A DNA stretch of 62,797 bases, counting the filler, from Sphacelaria rigidula (Eukaryota), in NCBI GenBank assembly GCA_964200075.2. It is 10 parts of 10 records of this genome, joined end to end, with 100 filler letters (N's around TTAATTAATTAA, not from the genome) between each part and the next. Parts side by side here need not be neighbours in the genome. Positions count along the whole stretch, not along the records: positions 6,291 to 12,480 come from CAXNAA020021629.1; positions 12,581 to 18,770 come from CAXNAA020021630.1; positions 18,871 to 25,060 come from CAXNAA020021631.1; 7 more parts are not named here. One strand, 5' to 3'. Shown piece after piece: positions 11,305 through 24,300 of this stretch. The translations under genes were made by a program, and so were the position numbers. The notes below the pieces were generated by a model. It was not told where the DNA came from and did not search any database. It worked only from the letters and a program-made list of their open reading frames with translations. Positions within the stretch are counted from its first letter, which is position 1. Each line of letters opens with the position of its first letter.

Positions 11305-12315
11305 ACGAGCTGGGCCAGCCTAGACACGGATTTACGCTCTCAAAGCAATATCTCGTCGACATGGACGAGTTCGGCCATGATCCGCATATTGTATTAATCG
11401 TCTAACCAAGGGGAAGGTGCCCATCTGCTCAAAAGTTTGGGCCCATATTTTCTCGTTGATAAAACTTCATGTCTAGTAATTCTATACCTGAGGGAGATAG
11501 CGTGCATACTACAATCTCTATGAAACCCCCGATCGATGTATTCAGCGGATGACGACGAATTTTGGTGTGGAGATTCCCTGGAGCACGGGAAGACGATAGA
11601 TACCCTCATCTTCACCTAAATCGTAACCTATCTCGAGATATGGCGCACATAATTCTCCATACCAAAATCAGTATGTTACGAGCAGATGCGCTCGATTAGC
11701 TAAACCTGGATATCGCGTCTCGTTTTTTGAGAGGTATGCTATACAATTTTGTATGGAGAACCGCTGGTGCATAATAAAGCTTACAAACACAGCATTTTCA
11801 TTTATTTATTTTCGGGTTTTTGGGGCAGTTTTGAGTAGAAATGAACACCGCTTTTGGGCCTTATCTCAATTTTTTAGCTCAATTTGTAGAATTGTAATTT
11901 GAACCTCAGGATAAAAAACCACAGAGGTATGCTGAATAATAAAAAAAATGGGCCCTAATTTTTTTATTTTTGGGAGAGGTTCGGGCGTTCTCGTAAAAAC
12001 ATTTGCGGTTTCCCTACTAAAACGCCCTAAACAAGTGAAAAAATTAGAAAAAATTAACCTGACCCACTGTGTTTTGTCAATTATTCCCTAGCCACGGCCC
12101 ACACAGAGTTTCAATACACAAATACCAAACGTGGGCCGGTAAATGGCCTGCGAAATACTGTTCCGAATCCCTCTGACCCCGTCACTAAACGGCGTATTAT
12201 ACTGCCAACACTTAGAGTTGGACCCCGAAATATGGTATGGGAAATGAATAGGGCATGATGAAAAAAATTACCCGTGTACACAAGTTTTTTTTTCTTCATG
12301 AGTTGAGGGCAATTG
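11305..12315. mobile_element. Copy of the same ACGAGC-TIR non-autonomous transposon family
   Basis: Starts ACGAGCTGGGCCAGCCTAGA; long similarity to the reverse complement of ~20000-20815 and direct similarity to 18880-19340. Confidence 0.75.
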
Positions 12316-12949
12316 AGTGATGCTACGGTAGGGGTAGAGAAATAATTTCTGATATTAGAATTGTTAGGAGCCCCTTATCTCATTTTCAAAACACGAGTTA
12401 TAAAAACATGCGAGAGTACGCCAGGATTACTAGTCCAATGTGCTGGGGACATCCCGAATAAATCTGCAAACGGGGATGCCNNNNNNNNNNNNNNNNNNNN
12501 NNNNNNNNNNNNNNNNNNNNNNNNTTAATTAATTAANNNNNNNNNNNNNNNNNNNNNNNNNNNNNNNNNNNNNNNNNNNNAAGTTTTTTTTTTTTTTTGG
12601 GCAATCAGGCCGAAGAAATCGTGGATTTGGTGATTTTGAGTCATGATGATTTGTCCTGACCATGAAACAATTGAACATTGCCTCGGTCTTAGTCGTCCCT
12701 CTTGTATCTTCAATGAACACTGTTCTCCATTGAGCGCTCACGTCGTCACTACAGCCCCACAGGTAGACGAGAAGAAGTTATTTCTGTCGTTTTTTGTACC
12801 GTTTATTTTATGAAGGTCAGAAAGCCCTGCGTGCCTGGGGGTGCAACGCTGACAACAAAGCCCAAGAATTATAATTCGTACGGTATGAAGCAGTCACACT
12901 GAGAGCCAGGGATTTTCAGACGAATCACTGCACGGTTCGGACGAATGAA

Positions 12950-14240
12950 ATCGTGAGTGGACTCATATTCAATATATGGACGAATCAATCACCCGATACA
13001 AGTAAGTGTGCTTTGTACATGTTTGGCGCCGTGATTCGTACATCACTCTGAGTGTACACATTTCAAATTCATGATTCGTGTGGCACACCGTCGAAGGTAC
13101 ACGTTTTCTACATTCCAGTCGTATGGTGTGAATGATAGTTACATGCTTCCCAACCTCCATTCATGCGGCATGAATCATAAGTACATATTTCCACCCCCCA
13201 TCCGTACGAAGCGAATCAAGGTTACATGTTTCCCAGCTTCCATTCATGTGGCATGAATCATACGTACATGTTCCTCACCTTGAATCATGTGAACATTTTG
13301 TTCCCGACGTGTCATTTTCATGGGGGTGATACGACCTTTTACAGGTTGCGTAGGCGAATTACATCGTACAGGTCGCAAACCCCTCACGAGCCAATCAACC
13401 CAAATTCAATTTTCACACTCACACGTAACACATCAACCATTGTGTTTTCCCCCCAAGCTATCCTATTGACAGCCATTGTAATCTCATGTTGTGTTCTGTG
13501 GTACAGTTGGCCTTAACATGATGTATACAAAACCAGAACATACCACCAGCACGAGTCGTCCTCGAGTGCTCGCGGGAGGTTTCGGGAAAACCATGACAGC
13601 GTACTTTGCAGTCCGTGGGCAGTACGGTTCAGCAGCGCACAGCACGCATCTGCGCGCCTAGAGTGATTCTTCTAGCTGTTTATTTTTTTTTGATTCACAC
13701 GGCATGTATCACGTGATTCCTGTTCATGTTTTCCACCTTTGTTTCGTGAGCATGAATCATGGATACATGTTTCCCATACCTTCCATTCTTACGAGGTGAA
13801 TCAAGCGTACACGTATCTCCCCCTTCATCCATGCAGCACGAATCATGGGCACACGTTTTGCACCTTCCATTCATACGAAATGAATCACACTGATATGTTT
13901 CCCGATTTTCCGTTCATGCGGCATGAATCATACGTACATGTTGTCCGCCTTACATACGAGGTGAATCAAGCGTACATGTTCATTAATCTCCGCTCATACA
14001 GCGTGAATCATACTTACATGATCCCCATCTTGCATCTATACGAGTTGAATCAAGTGTACATGTTTCCCACAAACGATTCATACAGGAATGGTGACTTGCA
14101 CTCTTGGTTCGTCTGATACTCCTTGGAGTGCACACATCCCCAGTTCGTGATTCGTGCGGTATGACCTTGAACTCAAAACTTTATCAATCCTGATTCATAC
14201 CGGATGACTCTTTGGTACATGATTCGCGTTCGAAGCGCGA
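12950..14240. repeat. Degenerate ~41-bp tandem arrays built on TGAATCA (two blocks, ~12950-13350 and ~13690-14240)
   Basis: Recurring RTGAATCA...TACATGTTTCCC..CCTTCCATTCAT units, with inverted TGATTC motifs at the edges. Confidence 0.7.
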
Positions 14241-17200
14241 ATCATTATCCGTCCAACCCTTGGAAATATGTTTTTTTCTTTTGTTTGGCGCAATATAGTA
14301 GATGCCTTTAGGTCTCGCCTTTTCCGCTGTTCCTGACGCCGTGTTTTTGTACGTGCCCTCGCAATTTTTTTTTGGGATGTGTTCCCTCGGAATGCGCTCC
14401 ACAATTCGTCATGCTCATTTATTCCCGCGGGTGGGTGGAGTGCAGATGGTTGGCAGCAGTATAGTAGGCCCATCCCGTTCGTTTCGCACACGAAAATGTC
14501 TGCGCTAGCTATGGTTTTACAGTTATGAGGCGGAATGGGGGTAACTTGCGACTTCCGATCAAAACTCCACCCGACACAAGAAATATTAATAAACGCGGAG
14601 GAATAATGGACGTCAGTAGGTGGTCGCACCTGTGCTGAGGCCCTCACGAACACGAAACACGCTCAATCACCTATTAACTTGGTTGAGTATGGGACAGCTG
14701 TAGCACTTGAGATCGCGCGGTTCTCGACACAGGAAGCTAGCCGGCCCACAGCACTTCACAGCTCCCCGCATACGCACACCAGCTTGGGAATCTGGTTACA
14801 CATTTTGCTCAAGTCTCGACAGCGGACCTCCAAAATGCTTTGTTGGGCCCGGACAAGGAAACCCCGAGTGGGTTCCGTCGAGGTCTGTTTTTACACAGCA
14901 ATTGCCAACCGCGGTGAACCACCATACACCACTGCGCAACTTTGTTCACGATGTACAATCTACAATATCCTCCATGTTTCTTTCCCATACTATGGTACCG
15001 GCCACATCCCCTTTGCTGTCGTGTTGTACTCCCGGCACGGCGGAGCAATTCGTCCAGGTGCTTTCAGTACATTATTGCGTGTTTCCTTCCGGTGATGTCC
15101 AAACACAACAACATACGACCAGGCCATCGACGGTTCTCGATTGGAAGAACGCATCTTCCCACCATTACGCAGAGGTACCGCTCGTACACGGTATTCAACG
15201 GCCACGGCGAACTGCCGCGCATCCCTTACACCTGCCGAGTCTGGTGTTATGTTGACTCGTCATGACGCGCAAGCAGTCATGCTGTATAAACCGCGAGTCC
15301 CGCTGAGTCGAGGGTGGATAACACAAATACACCGCAGTCATCTTGCGCGCATTACAGCTGTGAAAAATTTGCGCGTGGTTCAGGGCTCATCGGAAGTGAA
15401 GAGTCAACCTGTACAACTTGTTGGTCCCGCATTATAGCCCGAAGGTGGGAAAAATGTGCGGGCGCTCATCCCCAACAAGTTGGCCAAGCGAGTTGTACAT
15501 GACGTTCATGACTCATGATAATAAGAACTGCGTGACATGTACAATCGATGCATCCGAATTTTCAGCGCAGAGTTGACTAGTTGCCCATTATATCCCCCGG
15601 GAGTCATGGAAGGTATGAAGCGAGAACCTTCGGGTTATACTGAGCCATGCACGAGCTAAGAAGCTGATGCAATACAAATGATGAACGACTAGTCTGATCT
15701 ATTCGTTGAAATGATGGCTCTGAGTTGACTCACGAGTTGATTTGTCCTAACCGTGTACGATTCGCCCGATTACGATCCAATTCTGACGCATACATTGGTC
15801 GGGGCGGACTTTCCCGAAATATAGTACCCCCAAATCGGCCCTCATTCCGACCCGTAACAGTGTTCATTTTTTTTTTTTTCTTTGATGCCTATCTTGTCTT
15901 CATATTTACCCCACTTTTGCGCAGGTTTGTTTGTTTTGCCACGTATTGTGGCTTGTCCGATCTTTTTAAAACCGCTCAACGACTGCGTCGCGCGAAAAAT
16001 CCGAAGATGAGTGTGAGCCCTCCAGCGACGATGTGGACTTTTTCATGTGGCGTTGTCTCTCAACTTGAACTTATATCCTACTACCGAACAAATACGCCGC
16101 CTGCTTGATTTCCGTCTGCAGCGCTGGGTGGTGTATATGCAAAGAGAGATATTTTAAATGAGAAGGTATTTTCCTCTCTCGATTCGGTGAATAATTTTGT
16201 TTCCTCTTCTCTTGTTCTCTTGTGGCTGGCTATATTGTTGCCGGGTGTTTCTTGTGTGCGTGTGCGTCATTGGCCTTTCCGACACGATTTCAGGATTGCA
16301 ACTGCGAATGCTATCGTCGCGGAGGCTGCTCGACTTTCCCGGTTAAGTCACGGCTAGCACGCGCGAGGCGCTGCTGGTGCTACGATCGATATACCTCTCT
16401 GCTTTCGGCGGGTGTAAAAAACAAAGAAAAAGGTTGGACGGGGACCCTACAGTGTCTTCGGTACATGGGTTGGTGCTACTTAGTTGGATATAGTCAGCAG
16501 CGATGCCCGTAGGGTGACGGACGCGCGTTACCCTACGGCCGGGTTTTGTGCTTGGATAGGTACAACGCACTCATGACGATGGATATGGTTCTTGTAAAAC
16601 CCCCATTCGAACACACATACGCACACAAAAAACACAATGCTTCAAAAGGTGCAGAAGCAACTCCTAGGACTACTTACGACCAATATATCATGTACAGAGG
16701 CTTTGAATTCGAGATGTTTTCATTTAACAGTTTAGGTGGACCTGAATAATTTTTGATCGCGCTTTTCTACGAACAATTCGACGATTGAATTTGACGGTCA
16801 ACAGTCTTTTTCAACCCGGTAGTCGCCGAATTAACGGTAATAGTAGCAGTAGTGCTGGTGCACGGCACGAGATGTGTAATCTAGTGCTCGTGTATGCACG
16901 CCTACAGCTTTGACTTCGGGAGTGGAAACGGTTTTCATATTTTTGACTTACCTTGAAGCACTCACCGCGCGGCTTGGAGCGGCTGTGCGGGACGGGGTGC
17001 AGTACTGCGGGGCTGGGATACATCATGCGTAAGCAGTGGTTTGCCCATCGACGACTGCTGTGTAATACTGGCTAGTCGGCCTGGAGCCTTTCTCCGAAAC
17101 GTTGCGAGAAACTGAAGCTGATGCGTTTCCCTCCAGCAACGTGTGATTATCTGCGTGTTTTTTGGCGGCCGTTCGTCTTGTGTTCGCCGCGGGCATCATT

Positions 17201-19700
17201 TTTTTATTTTTGCCGTAGTCTCCTGTGCAAATATGCCAATGTGCCGTCCCCCCCTTCCCCCCAACGTCTTTTGTTTCTGGCAATTCAGACCCCTTGCCCC
17301 CAAGAGTTGCCCACTTGTTATTGCTTCTGCTTACTGGGATAAAGAGAACTGGAGAGAAGGGGAGACAGGGAGGAAGGACACTTTCTACGGTAGCCCCCCC
17401 CCCCCCAAAAAAAAAAGTGCACGGTTTTGAGAGGCAAAATCTTCACGTGAATCGAAATGGGAACAGCCGAACACAACGAGCAGCTGGGAATTCTCACGCT
17501 TGAGTTCGTTCTAGCCAATGTCGCCAATATGAGGCGCTTGCTTCATCTAGCCTGAACCCAAACATCAGGCGCTGTATGGCCATGTTTTTCGTGGTACTTT
17601 TGGGCTGGTTTGGGGGGGGTGCTATCGTGAAAAGTGTCGAAGGCAAGGAGAAATCGTCCGTTGTTACGGTCGGGGAGGAAGGGGGGTATGTACGTATCAT
17701 CGATAAGATTTATGTGTATGTCTTTTCATTTCACTTTTTCCTTTGTTGATCGGCTTTTTTGCTTCTGCTGGGTGATGTTGCTGGGGGGCAGCGTCTTTTT
17801 ACCCAGCTCACATCATTTTGTCATGTGAAGATTTTACCTTTTTTCGTGAGTATTTGTGTTCTATTGCGATCGTGGTACTGTACCGTTGGACTTCCCGTCG
17901 CATTTTTCGTTTTCTTCGCATTCCGCGGAAATGTAGACCGCTCGTACATTCCTGTCATGTATTTTTGGCGGCCAACACCAAAGTACTGGGGTGCCCACAC
18001 AGTGGGAAGTATATGCAACATGCAAGCTAAGGCGTATGTTATCCGTAGGGTCAGGTAGGTGCTCAACAGACGAACAAGGCCCGGGTGTTTCTTGTGTGTA
18101 CCGTGCATGAGGATGGCTATGCAAAGCTGGTGGTGCATACTGTCGCCTGTGCAAATCGGTAAAACCCTGAGAATGCGTGTTGACTCGTGTAAAGTTCTGG
18201 TTCCCCCGTGCAAATTTTAGATACATGGACTTGAACATATATATTTACTATGGTGTTTTTTCTGTCCAATGACAAAAGCTGAAGAAGCACCCGGCAAGCG
18301 GTGCACCTTTTAGTTCTCGGGTATCTTCTGTTCCGTTGGACAAGAGGAGGAGAACGTACGTAGAAGAGATACCTACCCGGTACGTTTTACCAGAGGAGAT
18401 CCTTGTTTTATCATGTCGTGTCGTACTTCTATCAGGTTGACGTCGAGGCAGCCTGGCTCGTATCTTCGTCGCCGAGTCTTTGAGGGTAAAAATTCCTGCG
18501 GGAAATAAGTCTACCTGATCATGCGTGGGGAATAAACTTATGTCCAGAAAGAAATTGAATCTTCGACCCAACTCCCTGTCCGTTTCCTCCAGCACCTCAT
18601 TATTGTACCGAGTGAGGTTTGTTCAAGGTGCACCACCCTCCCCATGTGGGTGTTTTTGACTTGTACTGTCTGTAGGGTACATTTCTCCAAGGATCCTTCC
18701 ACAGTTGGGACAAATCGTCACGACTCAAAATCACCAAATTCACGATTTCTTCGGCCTGATTGCCCAAAACNNNNNNNNNNNNNNNNNNNNNNNNNNNNNN
18801 NNNNNNNNNNNNNNTTAATTAATTAANNNNNNNNNNNNNNNNNNNNNNNNNNNNNNNNNNNNNNNNNNNNGCGCCAATACTAAACTCTCCATGAAACTCC
18901 CGATCGATGCATTTAGCGGATGGCGACGAACTTTGGTGTGGAAAACCACAAAGAAGTGCCGAATTAAAAAAAAAAATGGGCCTTCCATTTTTTAGTTTTT
19001 TTCAAAGAGGTTAGGGCGTTCTTGTGAAATATGTTCTTCACCATAGTAGAACGCCCTAAACGATTGGAAAAAATTGAAAAAAATCAACCTGACCCACTTT
19101 GTTTTGTTGATTATGCCCTAGCCCCGCCCCACACAAAGTTCCAATACACAAACACCAAACACGGGCCGGTAAATGGTGTGGAAAATACTGTTCCGAATTC
19201 CTTCTGACCCTGTCACTAAACGGCCCATTATACAGCCAATACTTGGAGTTGGACCCTGAAATATGGTATGTACAATGAGTAGGGCATAATAAAAAAAAAT
19301 ACTGGCGTACACAAGGGTTTTTTTTTTCTTCATGAGTTGAAGGCAATGATCAGTTTTCAGATATCGGTAAAATGCCCCAAACTCAAGAAAAAAAAAAAAA
19401 TGTGTACGCCAGTAAATTTTCTCATTGTGCCCTACTCGTTCATTGTCCATACCAAATTTCAGGATCCAGCTCCAAGTATTGGTCGTATAATGGGCCTGCA
19501 AACTGCAGAATCGCTTCTCGGCTGGCCCGGCTCGTACACAAAAACCAAACGTCGGCCGGTGAGTGGCCTGCGAAATACTGTCCCGAATTTTCACCGACCC
19601 GGTTTTCAAAAGGCGAATGCGCTGGCCAACGTTTAGGGTTGGCGCGTAAAATTTGGTATGGACAATGCATACGAGTAGGGCATAAAAAAATTACATCAGC

Positions 19701-20815
19701 ACGAGCCGGGCCAGCCTAGAGGCGGATTTGGAGTTTACATGCGTTTGCTCACCCCAATATTTAGAGTTGGAGCGTAAAAATTGGTATGGACAGTGCGTGG
19801 GGCATAAAAAAAAGTACCTCGGTACCAACAGTTTTTTTTCATGAGTTGAGGGCATTTTACTAATTATTGCCCTCAACTCATGGGAAAAAAAAAAATTGGT
19901 ACCGAGGTAATTTTTTTTCTACGCCCCATGCACTGTTCATGCCAATTTTTACGCTCCAACTTCAAATATTGGGGTGAGCAAACGTCTTTAGAGAACCGGA
20001 TCGGTAGAAATTCGGAATAGTATTTCGAAAGCCACTCACTGGCCCACATTTAGTTTTCGTGTATTGAAATTTTGTGTGGGCGCTCTCCAAGGCATAATAA
20101 ACAACACACAGTGGATCAGTTATTTTTCAATTATTTTCTTCACTGGTTTAGGGCTTTCTAGTATGGTGAAGAATATTTCTTCACTAGAACGCCCTGACAT
20201 CTATGAAAAAAAAAAAAACATTTTTTTTTCTTTCTTCACACTTTTTTGGTTCTCCATGCTAACTTTTAAATCAAAATTCTAAAAATCGAGCTAAGACATT
20301 GAGATGAGGCCTAATAGCAATGTTCATTTCTCCTCAAAACTCCACTTAAACACGAAAAAAATGAAAAAAACATGGAAAAATTTAACAAGCTGCTTCTATG
20401 TTTTTATTATGCACTAGCGGTTCACCACACGAAATTTTATGGTATATAGATTTTAGTATGGAAACTTGTGTGCGCCATATCTCGGGATAGATAACGAATT
20501 AGGTGAAGTTGAGGGTATCTACCGTCTCCCCTTGCTCGAGATAATGTCCACACCAAAATTCGTCGCCATCCGCTGAATGCATCGATCGGGGGGTTCATAG
20601 AGACTTTAGTATGGACGCCATCTCCGTTAGGTATAGCAATTTCTAGACATGGGGTTTAATCAAGGAGAAAATATGGGCCCAAACTTTTCAAGCAGATGGG
20701 CACCTTCCCCTTGGTTAGACGATTAATACGATATGCGGATCACGGCCAAACTCGTCTGTGTCGGTGAGATATTGCTTTTAGAGCTTCAATCCGTTTCTAG
20801 GCTGGCTCAGCTCGT
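19701..20815. mobile_element. Non-autonomous DNA transposon (~1.1 kb) with TIR ACGAGCYGGGCCAGCCTAGA
   Basis: ACGAGCCGGGCCAGCCTAGA at 19701 pairs with TCTAGGCTGGCTCAGCTCGT ending at 20815. AT-rich and non-coding; further partial copies flank it (18871-19535, 20816-21046). Confidence 0.75.
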
Positions 20816-21046
20816 ACCAAAAGGGTTTTTTTCATTACTCAAGGGCAATCATCAGTTTTCAGGTATCAGTAAAATGCCCTCAACTCATGAAAAATAAATG
20901 GTACTGACGTAATCTTTTCTACCGTACCAAGATTTGTTTTTTTTCTCCATCCATTGTCCATACCAAATTTTACGCTCCAACTTTCAATATTGGCCGGCGA
21001 ATGGACCTGCAAACTCCAAATCCGCCTCTAGGCCGGCCCAGCTCGT

Positions 21047-21390
21047 AGCTTCTTCTACTTCTTCATCCCACCATTTTACTCCACTGATGCAAACGATTAG
21101 ATTCTCTATGACTTTACTCGCTTTGTTCTTGACCAACTGCTCCGATCCTTCTCAATCTTCGCTCCTGTCCGATCCCCTTCCATTTATGTTTCAACTGTTT
21201 CTACGCTTTCCAACAGCTCGGAAATTTCTTCACTGCATTTTGGCCGTCTCTTCTTGGAACTCTTCCTGTTCTTCTTCCACTTTTAGTTCATCTATTCTCC
21301 ATTTGTACAACTTCTTACCCCGCCTATTTCTTGTAGCTCTCGTCTGCTGGTTTTCTGTCCATATTAGGAAATGATTTGTAGTTCACCATG
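21047..21390 (-). mobile_element. Degenerate LINE ORF2 linker fragment (between endonuclease and RT), interrupted by a DNA-transposon end
   Basis: Minus-strand K/E-rich peptide KKLYKWRIDELKVEEEQEEFQ...KWWDEEVE; the xWW motif is typical of LINE ORF2 upstream of RT. Contains stops and frameshifts. Confidence 0.55.
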
Positions 21391-24300
21391 TCAGGGGAGG
21401 AACCACACGAGTATAGCTCATTGTGACTGTACCCATTTGTCTTGTCAACAAACTAGCAAGGACATGTGATCAACATCTTCGCTGTCAAGAGGGTTTGGGC
21501 CAAGTGCCGCCTAGACAGCCGCGAGTGCTATCAATAGAGTAAAACAGCTCACCTGATCGGCGTATGGCAAGCGAAGGTCGAAGCGCCCTCCCTCATCCCA
21601 CTTGCCGCCGACGCCGAAGCTACCCCCGACACCGAAGCTTGCCATCGGAATCGGAATTCCTCCCTCCTCTAGCTCATCATCCTACGGACACCGTCAGCAA
21701 CGTGTTGTGACGGACAACACGGTAATCATCACGTAGGAAGATTATGTAATTGACGATGGCAACTCTCTGTAAATGCGGCTGAATAACGACCTGCTGTGGT
21801 ACAATACCTACCGACGAGCTCGAGAATTTGTGGTCATCGGCGATGCGCCTCCATACGTGCTAATTTGAGGCACAGGCCCGTTCATGTGGAAAAGTCATAC
21901 TATTTGTAGGCTCTGCTTCGCTCGCTTCGGTTGCAATGAAATTCAGCATGTATATAGGCGTCACACGCGGGGACTGATTCCAGTACAAGTAGGTCTCCTG
22001 TAGTTCAATCGGTCTCATACAGATCTTTCGTAGTNNNNNNNNNNCCTTGCACTCTGTGACCACGGGTTCGAGAGATCGAGCTAATGTGATGGATATAATA
22101 ATAATAATATAATAAAATAGGCGGGCACGTCGCAGGTTTTTTACGAACACATGAGGGTGAAATACACACTACAAATATGTGTACCCGACGAAGCAACGAG
22201 ACCCGTACGCAGGCTACACCTGAACCTCAACTTGTACCTCCAGTATGCTCGTAACTGTGACAGATTAATCGATGCTTGCGGGGCTTCAAGATACATGACC
22301 ACGTGTCGCCGACACCTCGAGCAGTGTACGTGACACCTTTTGGGGGTAAGTCGGGTTAGTTTTGGAATGGCAACACTCTAACTGCGTAGTAGCAGAGGCA
22401 ATCAGACAACTGACATAATTTTGCTCCATTTTCACTTCTTCGGATGCATTCTGCTTCCTAGGACAGGCGAGCACTGTCGCTGGATGCAGTGTAGAACAAG
22501 CTCCAGAAACAAAAAACACGTGACCTAGTTCACCATCTCTGACCGATCAACCACGTTGGTCTGTACTCTGTTCGGTACCTTGCCGACTCCTGTGCACGTG
22601 CTACCGTAGCAGATTCATGCCCAACAGGAAACCTGGACTTGATGGACAGTCATACACTGGACTGATGGATGTGGGAAATTGAAAAGCTCATTGGCTGTAG
22701 GTTTCTGTAATAAATGTAGTGCGTACAGAGCACTTGCACTCGAGAAAAAAGCACAGTCAAGAGCGATAGCATGCAGCACGCGATGGGTACCATACGTGGA
22801 GACAAGCAAGAACACGATGTGCTCAGAGTAATACCGACGGCCCATCTATCGCAGCTGCATCCTACGGGGTGCAACACTCCCTTGTGCCTTTGAACTCTGC
22901 GAAGATGGCCTGAACTGCTGTACTGTTGTGTCCCAGTTGGTACAAAAGTTGTGTTCGGGCGTCAGCACGCAGTCCTGTCTACACACCGCTGAAAACGCCA
23001 GAATGGTGTGTTGACTGTTGTAGTGTCGTCTGTAAAACGAACAAGGCGCCTCGTGCCCACACCCATCATTTCTATGCTGCAGTTCTCGCTATACTGGGGT
23101 GCGTTTGAATCCCACGAATACGGTTTGACCTGCGCTGGGGATTGCCCGAGTTGATGTACTGCTGCTGTGCTCCGGTCTGGTTGGAATTGGGATGGAACAA
23201 AGTGCTGTCTGTACCAAGTTGAAAAAGTCACGTGATGACCGTGTGGCCATTGTGTCTTCCTTAGGGTGTTGCCGCATAAATGCGCATTTCAAAGCTCCCA
23301 CGTTACGCCAACTTCAAGAGTGCAACTCCACTTGTATTCTAGACGTGTTTTTTTCCCTTTCTGTTCAAAATTGGGGCAGAAAAAATGGCGATCAAAATCG
23401 GACAATTTATCATCTTCAAGTTGTCAGATAGGAGTTGGTCTTACATCAGTAATCATCGGCCGTATGTTTAATACCGACGTGCCATCAGCTGAGGATTGTT
23501 TTACCGGTTGTTTGTTCATCTACATGTATGTCGTTGAAGACGCCTCCAAATCTTCGTGGATGATGACGAACACCACGAGATATTGAGCAGGACGCTGCAA
23601 ACTTGACCTCTTTTTCTCAAGGACGATCTTCAGCACGCAGCGAGGATGGCTAATCGTGACAACGATCGAAGCTTATCACATATACCGACAGGTTTAGACA
23701 GGCGTCCAGAATGGATGGGATGACAACACACAAATATCAGGAGTAGTATAATAACGTTTAGGGGACAAAATGAGGTAGCGTGAGGCGAGAGAAGGCAGAG
23801 GTTGTCGGTGCTTTGGTGTTGACCACCTCCTCCACCACGCGGACCAGCACCAGGATGTTGCGGGAGACTTTTACTCGTGAACACACACATCGCTTCGTAC
23901 GCATCCAACGCAAGAAGAACCACCCACAGCAGATTCGGCGGGTTTAGTTCAACCTCGTCAGATGGACACCTCGGTTCAAGTCCGATGACGTGTCGGAAAA
24001 AATCAGGAGCCTACACGTCACACGTGCCACAACGTACCACGCTACGCTTCAAAATGTTTTTTTGTTTTACGTGATGAACGTAACATGAACGTAACGTTAA
24101 ATTTTCGAATGAAGCGTAACGTAACGTTACTTTTTTTACATGCCGAACGAAACATTAAATTGCCCAAACGTTCAAAACGCGTAATATGAAACGTTCCATG
24201 GAACGTTCAACGTCCATTACACATTATATGTGCATCAGACGATACCCGTTACATGAGACGTTTCATATCACGTTACACGTTTCATAAAACGTCACGAACG

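Noticed and set aside
13739..14116. Repeat-spacer-like pattern (CRISPR) or repeat protein
   Set aside because: The units are degenerate along their whole length with no unique spacers, there are no cas genes, and the context is eukaryotic.
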